DNA from: Sporichthyaceae bacterium
GTDB lineage: Bacteria; Actinomycetota; Actinomycetes; Sporichthyales; Sporichthyaceae
Length of the DNA: 64,000 bases
Direction: 5' to 3'
NCBI GenBank assembly: GCA_052389435.1
Contig: JBQTIB010000074.1
Span: 6,192-70,191 of the forward strand
How positions within the stretch are numbered: the stretch's first letter is position 1; the number at the start of each line of letters is the position of its first letter. The translations under genes were made by a program, and so were the position numbers. Below, in pieces: positions 42,307 to 50,864 of this stretch. The notes under the pieces are model-generated. The model was not told the DNA's origin, made no database searches, and saw nothing but the letters and a program-made list of their open reading frames with translations.

Positions 42307-42349
42307 CCGGTCGGTGAGTCGCGCCACCTACCGCACCGTTCCCGATCCA

Positions 42350-43774
42350 CTACCCCGAGCAGGGCCTCCCGGCGGCGGGCAGTTCCCCGGCGAGGAGGTA
42401 GGCGTCCACCGAGGCTCTGCAGTGGCCGAGCAGGTAGACGCCGTGCCCGACGTCGGCGGTGACCGCCACCGAGCCGGGCAGGTGTGCGGCCAGCGATCGT
42501 GCCGCCGAGGGAGGGCTCAGGACGTCGCGAGTTCCCGAGACCAGCAGCAGCGGCGGCACCCCTGGCGCGCGGACCGGGTGCGGCGCGAACGATCCCTGAT
42601 CGGGAATCCCGCCGCACGTGCCCAGCACTCGGCCGTAGATCCAGCCCAACCGCGGAGCGACCGCGCGTAGGTCGCCCTCGAGCGCCGCCAGGGTGTCGAG
42701 GTCGCCGTAGAAGGGCGAGTCGGCGCACTGGTGCAGGCGCAGCGCATTCGTGCGCAGTGCACCGACGGCGCCCGCCGCCGCGGGCCTGGTCGCGAACGCC
42801 GATGCATCGCCCGCGTCTGCCTTCGCGAGCGATCGCGCGAGCCGGGGCCAGGTGGCTTCGAGGTAGACGCCGAAGAAGCCCACGCGCAGGTCCTGTGCGG
42901 TCGCGGACGCTCCTCCCGCGGCGGGAAGCGGAGCGCGCTCCGCCCTCGCCACGAGGTCGTCGAAGACGTCGCGAGCGTTGCGCGGATGGAGTGCGCACGA
43001 TCGGTCGCCTTCGCACCACTCGCCGAATCGGGCGAGTTCGGCCTCCAGGACCGCCGCCGCCGAACTCGCGCGTGCATACGGACGGGCGTCGATTCGCTCG
43101 GGCACGCTGTCCAGGTACATGCGGTGCACCCGCGTGGGGAACGCCTCCGCGTAGGCCGCTCCCCACAGGTCGCCGTAGGAGTTGCCGAAGTAGGTCAGTC
43201 GCCGCTCGCCGAGGGCGACGCGGATGGCCTCGACGTCGTGGGCGACCTGCCACCCGTCGAGGTGGTGGGCCAGCCCCGGGGACTTCGCGCGGCAGGCGAG
43301 CGCCCAGTCGCGGTTCGCGCGCGTGTACGACTCCCACCTCTCGGCGCCCAACTGCCCGAACAGCACGTTGCGGTTCGGCGGCGCGGGGCAGTCGACGCCG
43401 CCGCTCGCGCCGACGCCGCGGGCGTCGAATGCGACGACGTCGAACCGGCGGCGCAGGTCCGCCAGCGACGTGCGGTGGCTCCAGATCTCACTCGCGGTGG
43501 TCCCCGGCACCCCCAGATTCACGACGATGGACCCGAGGCGTGTGGTGGGGTCGGTCGCAGGCAGTTTGACCAGGGCGATGCGGGAGCGTTGCCCACCGCG
43601 CGGCTGCCGCCAGTCGACCGGCACCGGGATGCTCGCGCATTCGATCTCGGCCACGGGTTCGGTCCCCTTACAGGGCTTCCACGCCAACGCGGCACGACCC
43701 GGGTCGACGGCCCACCCGGAGCCGCCGAGCGCTAGGAGCAGGGCCCCGGCAGCCGCGAGCCTGCGCCCGGTCAT
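42350..43774 (-). CDS. Secreted alpha/beta hydrolase, TAP-like (tripeptidyl aminopeptidase family fold)
   Basis: Signal peptide MTGRRLAAAGALLLALGGSGWAV. Nucleophile elbow GNSYGD. C-terminal PPLLLVSGTRDVLSP...GHGVY block typical of TAP-like hydrolases. Start overlaps the upstream stop (ATGA). Confidence 0.72.
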   Translation of the reverse strand: MTGRRLAAAGALLLALGGSGWAVDPGRAALAWKPCKGTEPVAEIECASIPVPVDWRQPRGGQRSRIALVKLPATDPTTRLGSIVVNLGVPGTTASEIWSHRTSLADLRRRFDVVAFDARGVGASGGVDCPAPPNRNVLFGQLGAERWESYTRANRDWALACRAKSPGLAHHLDGWQVAHDVEAIRVALGERRLTYFGNSYGDLWGAAYAEAFPTRVHRMYLDSVPERIDARPYARASSAAAVLEAELARFGEWCEGDRSCALHPRNARDVFDDLVARAERAPLPAAGGASATAQDLRVGFFGVYLEATWPRLARSLAKADAGDASAFATRPAAAGAVGALRTNALRLHQCADSPFYGDLDTLAALEGDLRAVAPRLGWIYGRVLGTCGGIPDQGSFAPHPVRAPGVPPLLLVSGTRDVLSPPSAARSLAAHLPGSVAVTADVGHGVYLLGHCRASVDAYLLAGELPAAGRPCSG

Positions 43775-44697
43775 CGGGCCGGCCGGCCGCTCCCCACGGC
43801 CGGCGCCTGGCCGAGCAGGGTCTCGAGGTCCGCGACGGCGACGTCCCGGGCGAGCTTGCGGGCGAAGAACTTCCCGCTCGCACGCAGTTCGGCGGCGTCC
43901 CGGACCGGGTCGAGCAGATCGGGCTTGGTTCCCTCCCGGCCGGTCGAAAGCGCGAGGGTCGGACGGATGTGGTGCAGGGCCGCGTCGCAGAAGCTCTGCT
44001 TGCCCCGATACCGGGTCAGGTGGTGGTCGCGGGCGTGCTCGGAGTTCGCGACGACGGTCTGCACGAAGTGCTCGTCGGGAGCGAAGACGGTCCGGTAGAA
44101 CGCGACGAGTTCGCGCCCTCGACGGTGGGTCGCCACCACCAGTTCGGCCGCGGGCCGGGTCAGCGACCACCACTGACTGCCGCAGTGCGGCCGCAGTCCG
44201 CCGGGGACGCCGTCGCGTTGGCCGAGCGCGTACTTCGCGCCGTAGTGCAGGGCGCGCCGCGCGAAGCGCCCGCCCGGGTGCCGGTTGAGCTCGAGGAACC
44301 AGCGCAGGCGGACGGTGCCGTGCAGTCCGGCGGTGCGGTCGGTGATGGGCACGTACCGCATTCGACAGTCGGGCGCGCTGCGCAGGTGCTCGACCAGTTC
44401 GTCGATCGGCCGGATCGGAAAGCAGGCCCCGGACAGCAGCACGAAGTGCTCGGCGTCGGAGGCCAGCGCCGCCTCGAGCAGGTGCATGGTCGCGCTCACG
44501 ATCGAGAACCCGCCCCAGGCGACGTCGACTCGCTCGACGGGCGTCACGTGCGGCGCCGCGACGGTCTGGCGGAACCGGTGCATCGGCGCCTTCGCGTCGA
44601 CGTGCAGGTAGACCTCGTGCGGCGCGAGCCGGCGGCTCAACCAGTCCACGTGGGAGGGGTTGTCGTGCACCAGCAGCAGGAACGCGACCGGGCTCAC
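43771..44697 (-). CDS. Core-2/I-branching (GT14, Branch-domain) glycosyltransferase-like protein
   Basis: GTG at 44697 (GTGA overlap). VAFLLLVHDNPSHVDWLSRRL...VYLHVDAKAP...VAWGGFSIVSATMHLLEAAL...HFVLLSGACFP follows the PF02485 pattern. Confidence 0.7.
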   Translation of the reverse strand: MSPVAFLLLVHDNPSHVDWLSRRLAPHEVYLHVDAKAPMHRFRQTVAAPHVTPVERVDVAWGGFSIVSATMHLLEAALASDAEHFVLLSGACFPIRPIDELVEHLRSAPDCRMRYVPITDRTAGLHGTVRLRWFLELNRHPGGRFARRALHYGAKYALGQRDGVPGGLRPHCGSQWWSLTRPAAELVVATHRRGRELVAFYRTVFAPDEHFVQTVVANSEHARDHHLTRYRGKQSFCDAALHHIRPTLALSTGREGTKPDLLDPVRDAAELRASGKFFARKLARDVAVADLETLLGQAPAVGSGRPAR

Positions 44698-45869
44698 GCC
44701 GTCGCTCCGTCCAGGAGTTCCAGCGCCGCCGCGACGGCCTGCTCGGTGTTCCGAGCCAGCCTCACTCCGCCGAGCGCGCCGAGGTAGGCGCGGTGGATGT
44801 CGCCGATCTTTCCGTTGCTGTTGTCGATCGCCACGGTCGGCACGCCCACGAGCCGGCCGAGCACGGCGGCGTGCAGTCGGTCGGTGACGAGGACCTGGCC
44901 GCGGCGCACGATGCGATAGGCCGAGGCGCGGTTGAGTTCGGCGATGCCCGCGTATCCGGCGGCGATCGCATCGACGACGGCGGGAGCGACGATCGGCACC
45001 ACGCGGGCCACGTCCTCGGGCAGCCGGCACCCGCGGTAGGCGACGTTCCACGGCCCGCGCAGCTGCCAGTCGCGCCGCTCGAGGTCGACCCACTCGGGGA
45101 AGTCGAACCGCGGACGGGTGGACTCGGAGTCGGTGCGCGCCAGCAGGACGACGTCGTGCTGGGCAACCCGCGGTTGCAGGTCCTCGCCGAGACCGAGGGC
45201 CATGTCGGGACAGAACACGGTCTGGGCGCCGGGGAAGTATTCCCGGCAGCGCGCCTCGGCCGCGTGGTCGCGCGCCAGCAGCACGAGGTCCTGGTGCGCC
45301 CCGAACACCTTCTGAGCCTGCGTCAGAGTTTCTTCCCGGGCGAACTCGACGCTCTGCGGGAGCTGCACGATGCGACGGTCGGCGAAGGTCTCCACAATCA
45401 GCTCGCGGAAGCGGTGGTGCAGCGGATAGCGGTCCCCGAGGTTTCCGCCACCCTGAATGAGGATGGGCCCGGAGGGAACGCGTCGGCGCAGCTCCTCGGG
45501 TTGGAAGTGCAGGGTCGTTGCGACATAGCGCACCCGAACGCCGAGGCGGGCGAGGTAGCGCATCGTGCCGAGCCAGATGAGCGCGTCCCCGGCGTTCTGG
45601 TGCCGCGGAAAGTCCAGGACGGCGACTTCGGATCCCGGTTCCACGAACTGCTTGAGCACGTGCAGGGTCTGCTGCTGCAGGGCTCCCACGGTCAAGGGCG
45701 CAACCGGCGGAGCAGCCGCGGCGCCCGTTTGCTTCGGAATGAGATTCGTCGACCTGCTGACCACCGGCACCTCGGCACCCCCGCCTACGGACTCGAGGGC
45801 CCCCGTCGAACCCCCGTTCCCGCGGACGATAGCCACGGCCCGGAAACTGAAAAGGGCGCCTTGCGCCAC
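44694..45869 (-). CDS. Polysaccharide pyruvyl transferase family protein
   Basis: VAVLDFPRHQNAGDALIWLG...LIQGGGNLGDRY...VTDRLHAAVLGRLVGVPTVAIDNSNGK matches the CsaB/WcaK-type signature. The start is uncertain: the maximal ORF is given, and a GTG at 45770 has a better SD. Confidence 0.72.
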   Translation of the reverse strand: MAQGALFSFRAVAIVRGNGGSTGALESVGGGAEVPVVSRSTNLIPKQTGAAAAPPVAPLTVGALQQQTLHVLKQFVEPGSEVAVLDFPRHQNAGDALIWLGTMRYLARLGVRVRYVATTLHFQPEELRRRVPSGPILIQGGGNLGDRYPLHHRFRELIVETFADRRIVQLPQSVEFAREETLTQAQKVFGAHQDLVLLARDHAAEARCREYFPGAQTVFCPDMALGLGEDLQPRVAQHDVVLLARTDSESTRPRFDFPEWVDLERRDWQLRGPWNVAYRGCRLPEDVARVVPIVAPAVVDAIAAGYAGIAELNRASAYRIVRRGQVLVTDRLHAAVLGRLVGVPTVAIDNSNGKIGDIHRAYLGALGGVRLARNTEQAVAAALELLDGATA

Positions 45870-46096
45870 TAGTGGGAACGGCCCGACTTCACACCTTGCC
45901 TGGGCCGTTCGGGTGAACGGCGAGGGTAGCCCCGACAGTTCGTCTGACGGACCGTAAGCCAGGAAAATTTACGTGCGGTTCCGCGAGCCATTGCGCATTC
46001 GCAGCCTTCTGCCACCCGAAGGGACCAACGGCGTCCGGACGCGGATGTCCTGCGTGGTCTGATGATCGAACTGCAAAGAATCCGTGGGGGATCTTC

Positions 46097-47026
46097 GTGA
46101 GAGACGACGCCGGCATGCACTCGACCGACCTGGCGGTGACCGAGGGCGTCGCCTTCCTTCCCGCGCAGCGCTCGCGATCGCAGGCGACCGGTTCGCCCAT
46201 GAACGCCACCGACGTGCGCCTGGCGCAGTTGGAGATCCTGCGCCGGGTCGACGCCTTCGCCACCGCCCACGGCCTGCGCTACTACCTGACCTACGGCAGC
46301 CTGCTCGGCGCCATCCGGCACGGCGGCTTCATTCCGTGGGACGACGACGTCGACGTGATGATGCCCCGTTCCGACTACGAGGTCTTCGTCGCGACCTTCG
46401 ACGCCGAACCCGCCAACGCCGGGTACCGGGTGCAGGCGAACTCCAACACGGCCGACTGGCCCTATCCCTCCGCCAAGGTGGGCGATGTGGGCACGACTCT
46501 GCACGAGGGTCGACACGACCCGGCCGGGCTCGGAGTCAACCTCGACGTCTTTCCCGTCGACGGCCTGCCGAACTCCCGGTGGGCTCGGGCCCTGGACCGG
46601 CGAACGATCGACGTCCTGCGCCGGGTCCACGCCGCGAAGATGGCCGCGCCGCGCGCGGGACGCGCGCCGTGGAAGAACGCCCTGCTGGCCCTGGCCCGCG
46701 TGCTGCTCGCGCCGATCGGCGCCCACCGCCTCGCGCAGGCCTGGAACGCCCGCGCGGCCCGACCGATCGGCAAGGGCACCACCGCCGCCGGCATCCGCGT
46801 CGGCAGCTACGACTGGGCGGTGCCGACCGCCGCGCTCGGCGACGGCGTGGAGGTGAAGTTCGCGGGCATGGCGCTGCGGGCTCCGGCCGACTTCGACCTC
46901 GTGCTGCGCACGATGTTCGGCGACTACCTGGTGCTGCCGCCGGAGGATCGGCGCGTCTCCCACCACACGTTCACCGCCCATCGGGGGCCGTGCTCGGCCA
47001 AGCTCGACCCGCCGTGCCCGGCCTAG
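46097..47026 (+). CDS. LicD-family phosphotransferase (phospho-alcohol/phosphocholine transferase family)
   Basis: LRYYLTYGSLLGAIRHGGFIPWDDDVDVMMPRSDY is the LicD core with the DxD motif. The GTG at 46097 has the SD GGGGGA 5 nt upstream. The ATG at 46199 is an alternative start. Confidence 0.72.
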   Translation: MRDDAGMHSTDLAVTEGVAFLPAQRSRSQATGSPMNATDVRLAQLEILRRVDAFATAHGLRYYLTYGSLLGAIRHGGFIPWDDDVDVMMPRSDYEVFVATFDAEPANAGYRVQANSNTADWPYPSAKVGDVGTTLHEGRHDPAGLGVNLDVFPVDGLPNSRWARALDRRTIDVLRRVHAAKMAAPRAGRAPWKNALLALARVLLAPIGAHRLAQAWNARAARPIGKGTTAAGIRVGSYDWAVPTAALGDGVEVKFAGMALRAPADFDLVLRTMFGDYLVLPPEDRRVSHHTFTAHRGPCSAKLDPPCPA

Positions 47027-47055
47027 CGAGGCCAGCGCGCGCGCGAAGCCGCGCC

Positions 47056-48324
47056 ATGGCGGCACTGGTGGACCAGGCGGTCTGCAGCGCAGGGAACTTC
47101 GTCGTGCTCCTCGCCGCACTGCACCTGCTCGATCTCCGCGGTGTCGGTTCCTACACGCTCGCCTACGGCTGCGCGATGTGGGTGCTCGCGATCGTCCGGC
47201 CGCTGATCCTGGAACCGACGATGATCCGTTTCGCGGCGGCGTCGCCGCGCCAACGTCGGATCGCCACCTCCCGGTCCGCAGGCGCGGCCGCGGGCATCGG
47301 CTTCGCGCTCGCCGCCGTGTGCGCGGCCATTTCGACGGTGCTCCCCGGTGCGGCTGCGGCCATCGTTCTCGGCGCGGGACTGGCGATGCCCACGCTGCTC
47401 GTGCAGGACGCCTGGCGGTACGCCTTCTTCACCGCCGGCCGCCCGTGGGCCGCCGTGGTCAACGACGGTGCGTGCCTGGTCGCCATCGCCGCACTCCTGA
47501 TCGGCGCCGGAGTCCTGGCCGACCCGGGACCCGGTCTGCTGTTGGGCCTGTGGGGTCTCGGGCTCGGGGCGGGCACCGTCCTGGGGTGCTGGCAGCTCAA
47601 GGTGTTTCCCGACTTCGCGCGCGGGCCACGCATGTTGCGCCAGCATCGCGACCTCGGCCTCCCGCTCGCCGGCGCCGCACTGGTGGTGCAGGGCGCGAGT
47701 CGCGTCGCGTTGATCGTCGTCGGCGTCTCGGCCGGAATGCCGGCGGTGGGTCAGATCTACGCGGCCCTGGCCCTGATGACTCCGGTGAACGTGCTGCTGC
47801 TGGCGGCGCCCACCTTCGCGGTGCCGGAGACGGTACGCCGCCTCGAGCACGGCGCCGCGGTGGTCCGCCGGTACCTCGTGCTGCTGTCGGTCGCGCTCGC
47901 CACCCTGGTGCTCGCCTTCGCCGTGGTCACCCGCCTGCTGCCCGAGGGCCTAGGGCGCCTCTACGCGGGAGAGAACTGGGAGCACGCCACCGCGACGCTG
48001 TGGCCCGTGGCGTGCTGGGTCGCAGCGACGGCCGCCTACGCAGGCGCCAAGGTCGGACTGCAGGCGCGCGCGCAGGCCACGCTCATCGCACGCCTGAGCC
48101 TCGCGCAGGGCGTGCTGCAACTCACCGCGTCGGTCGCGGGCCTCGCGGTGTTCGGCGTCTCCGGCGCCGCCTGGGGCCTGGCGCTCGGCACGGCGCTGGG
48201 CGCTGCGCTCTGGTGGATCCTCGCCCAGCGTTCCCTTCCCGACGGGCGGATTCCCCGGCAGGCCCGGCGAGCCGTGCGGACTCCGGCGAAGAATGCCCGC
48301 GTAGCCGCAACCGATATGGCCTGA
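47056..48324 (+). CDS. Polytopic membrane protein, polysaccharide flippase-like (paralogue 3 of 3)
   Basis: 422 aa. MAALVDQAVCSAGNFVVLLAALHLL... and LVQDAWRYAFFTAGRPWAAVVNDGACL are collinear with the other two paralogues. Confidence 0.55.
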   Translation: MAALVDQAVCSAGNFVVLLAALHLLDLRGVGSYTLAYGCAMWVLAIVRPLILEPTMIRFAAASPRQRRIATSRSAGAAAGIGFALAAVCAAISTVLPGAAAAIVLGAGLAMPTLLVQDAWRYAFFTAGRPWAAVVNDGACLVAIAALLIGAGVLADPGPGLLLGLWGLGLGAGTVLGCWQLKVFPDFARGPRMLRQHRDLGLPLAGAALVVQGASRVALIVVGVSAGMPAVGQIYAALALMTPVNVLLLAAPTFAVPETVRRLEHGAAVVRRYLVLLSVALATLVLAFAVVTRLLPEGLGRLYAGENWEHATATLWPVACWVAATAAYAGAKVGLQARAQATLIARLSLAQGVLQLTASVAGLAVFGVSGAAWGLALGTALGAALWWILAQRSLPDGRIPRQARRAVRTPAKNARVAATDMA

Positions 48325-48440
48325 CTGCCCCTCAGAATCCATATATTTCGGGCATTCCCCGCCCCAACGATTTCTCCAAGCCCCGGCCCGCGCCCTGCGC
48401 CCTGTGCTTGCATGGAAGCGGATCGATCGGGAGGGGACCC

Positions 48441-50084
48441 GTGAGCTACCGCTTGGGAATCGAACTCGGCCGCACGCGCACCGTGGCCGTGGTCGTGCAC
48501 GACGGTCAGGCGCCGCGGCCGTTGCCGCTGGGCGGAAGCGGCCCGCACGGCGCCGTCGCCGCCATGCCGACGGCCCTGTTCCTGGAACGTCGCGGGGCGA
48601 TCAGCTGCGGCCGACGGGCGACCGAACTCGCCGTTGTCGAACCCGAGCGCCTGTTGGTCGGCTTCCTCGACCGGATCGGCTCCGGCGAACCCCTGCGCAT
48701 CGGCAGCGGCTCCGACGCGACCACCCACCACGCCCAGGACGTGGCCGCGGCCGTCGTCGCCTGGGTCATCGCCCACGCCGGCGAACTCGAGGGCGCCCCT
48801 CCCGCCGCGGTGGCCGTGGCCCTGCCCGCGGATCTCGGCGATCGGCGCACCACCGAACCGTTCAAGAAGGCCCTCGCCGCGCAGCGCCTGGACCACGTGC
48901 TCCTGGTGGAGGAGTACTTCGCCGCCGGGCGCCTCTACACCCACGCCCTGAAACCGAGCCCCGGTCAGGCGTTCGCGACGTTCGTCGTCGGTGCCAGCGG
49001 CGTCCGCGCGGCGGTTCTGCGCGGCGATCTGGACGGCAACGTCTGGCCGCTGGGACGGCCCGCCGCCCGTGCGGACGTGGGCGGCGACGCCTTCGACGCG
49101 GCGGTGCTGCATCGAGTGCTCGCCGAGGTCGGCGTATCGGCCGAGCACGTGACGGCCAACGCCTCCGACGCGGCGGCCCTGCGCGGTGCCTGCCGCCGGC
49201 TGCGCGAGCAGCTCTCGACCGAGGAGTCGGCCGAACTCGGAATCGCCCTGCGCGACCGGGTCGCGCCGGCGACCCTGTCCCGCGAGGAGTTCGAGGCGCA
49301 GATCCGCGGCGCCGTGGCCGCCGGCGCCGACCTGCTCGACGAGGTCGTCGCCGACGCCGGCATCCGCCGCGAGGACGTCGCCGCGATCCTGCTCTGCGGC
49401 GACGCCGCGGCCACGCCCGCCATCGCCCGCGAGCTCGGCGCCCGCTTCGGCGCCGACGTGCACCTGGTGCGCGAGCCCGATCCCTCCTTGACCGTCGCAG
49501 CCGGCGCAGCCCTCGGCCTTCCGGCGCCTGCGGCACCGACGGCTGCCCCCGAACCCGCCGCTCCCCCCGCCCAGAAGACGCGCACGCTGCGGCCCGCGCT
49601 GGCCTCCGCCGTGCGCGCCGAGGGTGCCCCGCGCCTGCGGCCGCCCGCGACGACGCCGGCGCGGCAGGCCCCGGCCGGCAACCGCGGCCCGGTCCAGCAG
49701 CCGACGGTGGGGACCGGCCGGCCGATTCGCCCGAACGAGCCCAAGGGCGCACCGCGGCGCAACCAGGTCGCGCTGCTCGGCCTGGACTCCGGAGCGCGAA
49801 CGACCCCGCGCTACGCGACGGGTTCGCTCAGCGTCGTCCCGGGGCGCGAGCTCGGCACCGTCGAGGACCTGCTCGAGGTTCCCGGTCCGCGCCGCATCGC
49901 CGCCGCGCGGGAACTGGAGGCCAGGACCGAGGCCCAGTTCTCCGAGGTCGACGGCCACGAGGTGGACGAGCGCACCCTCGGCCAGCGCGCCCGCTCGATG
50001 ATGACGCCCACCCGCGTCCTCGCGCTCGGCGCGCTGACCACCGCGGTGTTCGTCGGTTCCAACGCCTGGCTGCACGTCCAGTAG
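48441..50084 (+). CDS. Degenerate Hsp70/actin-fold ATPase-like protein with a Pro/Ala-rich linker and a C-terminal TM anchor
   Basis: GTG at 48441 after GGGAGGGGA. The layout is collinear with 15331..17208, but the ATPase motifs are eroded: IELGRTRT for DLGTT, VVGASGVRA for DLGGGTFD, LLCGDAAATP for GGSxRIP. C-terminal TM VLALGALTTAVFVGSNAWL. Confidence 0.6.
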   Translation: MSYRLGIELGRTRTVAVVVHDGQAPRPLPLGGSGPHGAVAAMPTALFLERRGAISCGRRATELAVVEPERLLVGFLDRIGSGEPLRIGSGSDATTHHAQDVAAAVVAWVIAHAGELEGAPPAAVAVALPADLGDRRTTEPFKKALAAQRLDHVLLVEEYFAAGRLYTHALKPSPGQAFATFVVGASGVRAAVLRGDLDGNVWPLGRPAARADVGGDAFDAAVLHRVLAEVGVSAEHVTANASDAAALRGACRRLREQLSTEESAELGIALRDRVAPATLSREEFEAQIRGAVAAGADLLDEVVADAGIRREDVAAILLCGDAAATPAIARELGARFGADVHLVREPDPSLTVAAGAALGLPAPAAPTAAPEPAAPPAQKTRTLRPALASAVRAEGAPRLRPPATTPARQAPAGNRGPVQQPTVGTGRPIRPNEPKGAPRRNQVALLGLDSGARTTPRYATGSLSVVPGRELGTVEDLLEVPGPRRIAAARELEARTEAQFSEVDGHEVDERTLGQRARSMMTPTRVLALGALTTAVFVGSNAWLHVQ

Positions 50085-50105
50085 CCGGCCCGCGCCGAAA
50101 ACCCG

Positions 50106-50151
50106 GACGTCCGACCGACGGTGGCCCATAGGCCACGATCGGTCGGACGTC
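50106..50151. terminator. Long hairpin between convergent genes (candidate bidirectional terminator)
   Basis: gacgtccgaccga-c-ggtggcc-cata-ggccac-ga-tcggtcggacgtc: a 13-bp perfect outer stem plus a 6-bp inner stem. It lies between the stops at 50084 (+) and 50157 (-). Confidence 0.6.
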
Positions 50152-50156
50152 GTGCG

Positions 50157-50804
50157 TCAGGCGGAGCGCGCGATCTCGGCTGCGTCGAACTCCATGGCGA
50201 TCGTGTCGTCGTGCATCGTCAGGTCCAGCTCGCCGCCGTTGCCGAGGTTGGCGATCCAGGTGGTGACCCAGTCCGGCTCGACGTCGACGGCCCCGGTGGT
50301 CTCGAAGCTGGCGAGCACGGCCGCGGCCGCCTCGAACGCGGCGGCGGTGAGCATGCGCTGCTCCTGGGCCTCCCGCTCGGCCAGCACCGCCCGAGCACGC
50401 TCGGCGCGAGCGCGCCGCACGATCTCGTCGGCCTCGGCCTTGTCGGCCCGCAGCTGCACGACCTCGGCCCGCAGGGCGACCGACTCCCTGCCGAACGTCT
50501 CGAGCTGCGTCTGCAGTCCCGCGATCGAGGTCTGCAGGGACGTCAGCTGTTCGGAGAACACGTTCTCGTCGCGGCGGCGCATCGACTCCGACAGCGAGAT
50601 CTCCCGCTGGTAGCGGCGGCCCCGTCGGGCGCTATGGGCGATGAGCCCGAGGGCGAGCACCCAGGACGCAACCACTGCGAGCTGCAGCACCTGCGTGGTG
50701 CCCTGGACGAGAGCGAGCGCCAGGCCCGCGGTGACCATCGACCCGAGAGTGACCGGAGCGATGAGCGAGACGGCGAGGGACTGGCGGTGGCGACCACGTG
50801 TCAT
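50157..50804 (-). CDS. Hypothetical membrane protein with a coiled-coil region
   Basis: Two N-terminal hydrophobic segments, then a heptad-like Q/L/E/R-rich stretch (SLQTSIAGLQTQLETFGRESVALRAEVVQLRADKAEADEIVRRARAERARA). No recognised family. Confidence 0.5.
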   Translation of the reverse strand: MTRGRHRQSLAVSLIAPVTLGSMVTAGLALALVQGTTQVLQLAVVASWVLALGLIAHSARRGRRYQREISLSESMRRRDENVFSEQLTSLQTSIAGLQTQLETFGRESVALRAEVVQLRADKAEADEIVRRARAERARAVLAEREAQEQRMLTAAAFEAAAAVLASFETTGAVDVEPDWVTTWIANLGNGGELDLTMHDDTIAMEFDAAEIARSA

Positions 50805-50864
50805 GTGGTGAAAAGTAACGGTTGTGACTCGTGGTTCTGATGAGGCGCGCCGGGACGCGCCGGG

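Noticed and set aside
38630-42317. 1222-aa plus-strand ORF (38638..42306), 819-aa antisense ORF (38630..41089) and the 439-aa out-of-frame plus-strand ORF (40998..42317)
   Set aside because: The acyltransferase-3 frame (38744..40984) carries the family motifs. The 1222-aa ORF is meaningful only from the GTG at 40981 onward (flippase-like paralogue). Its upstream part and the other two ORFs are compositional artefacts.
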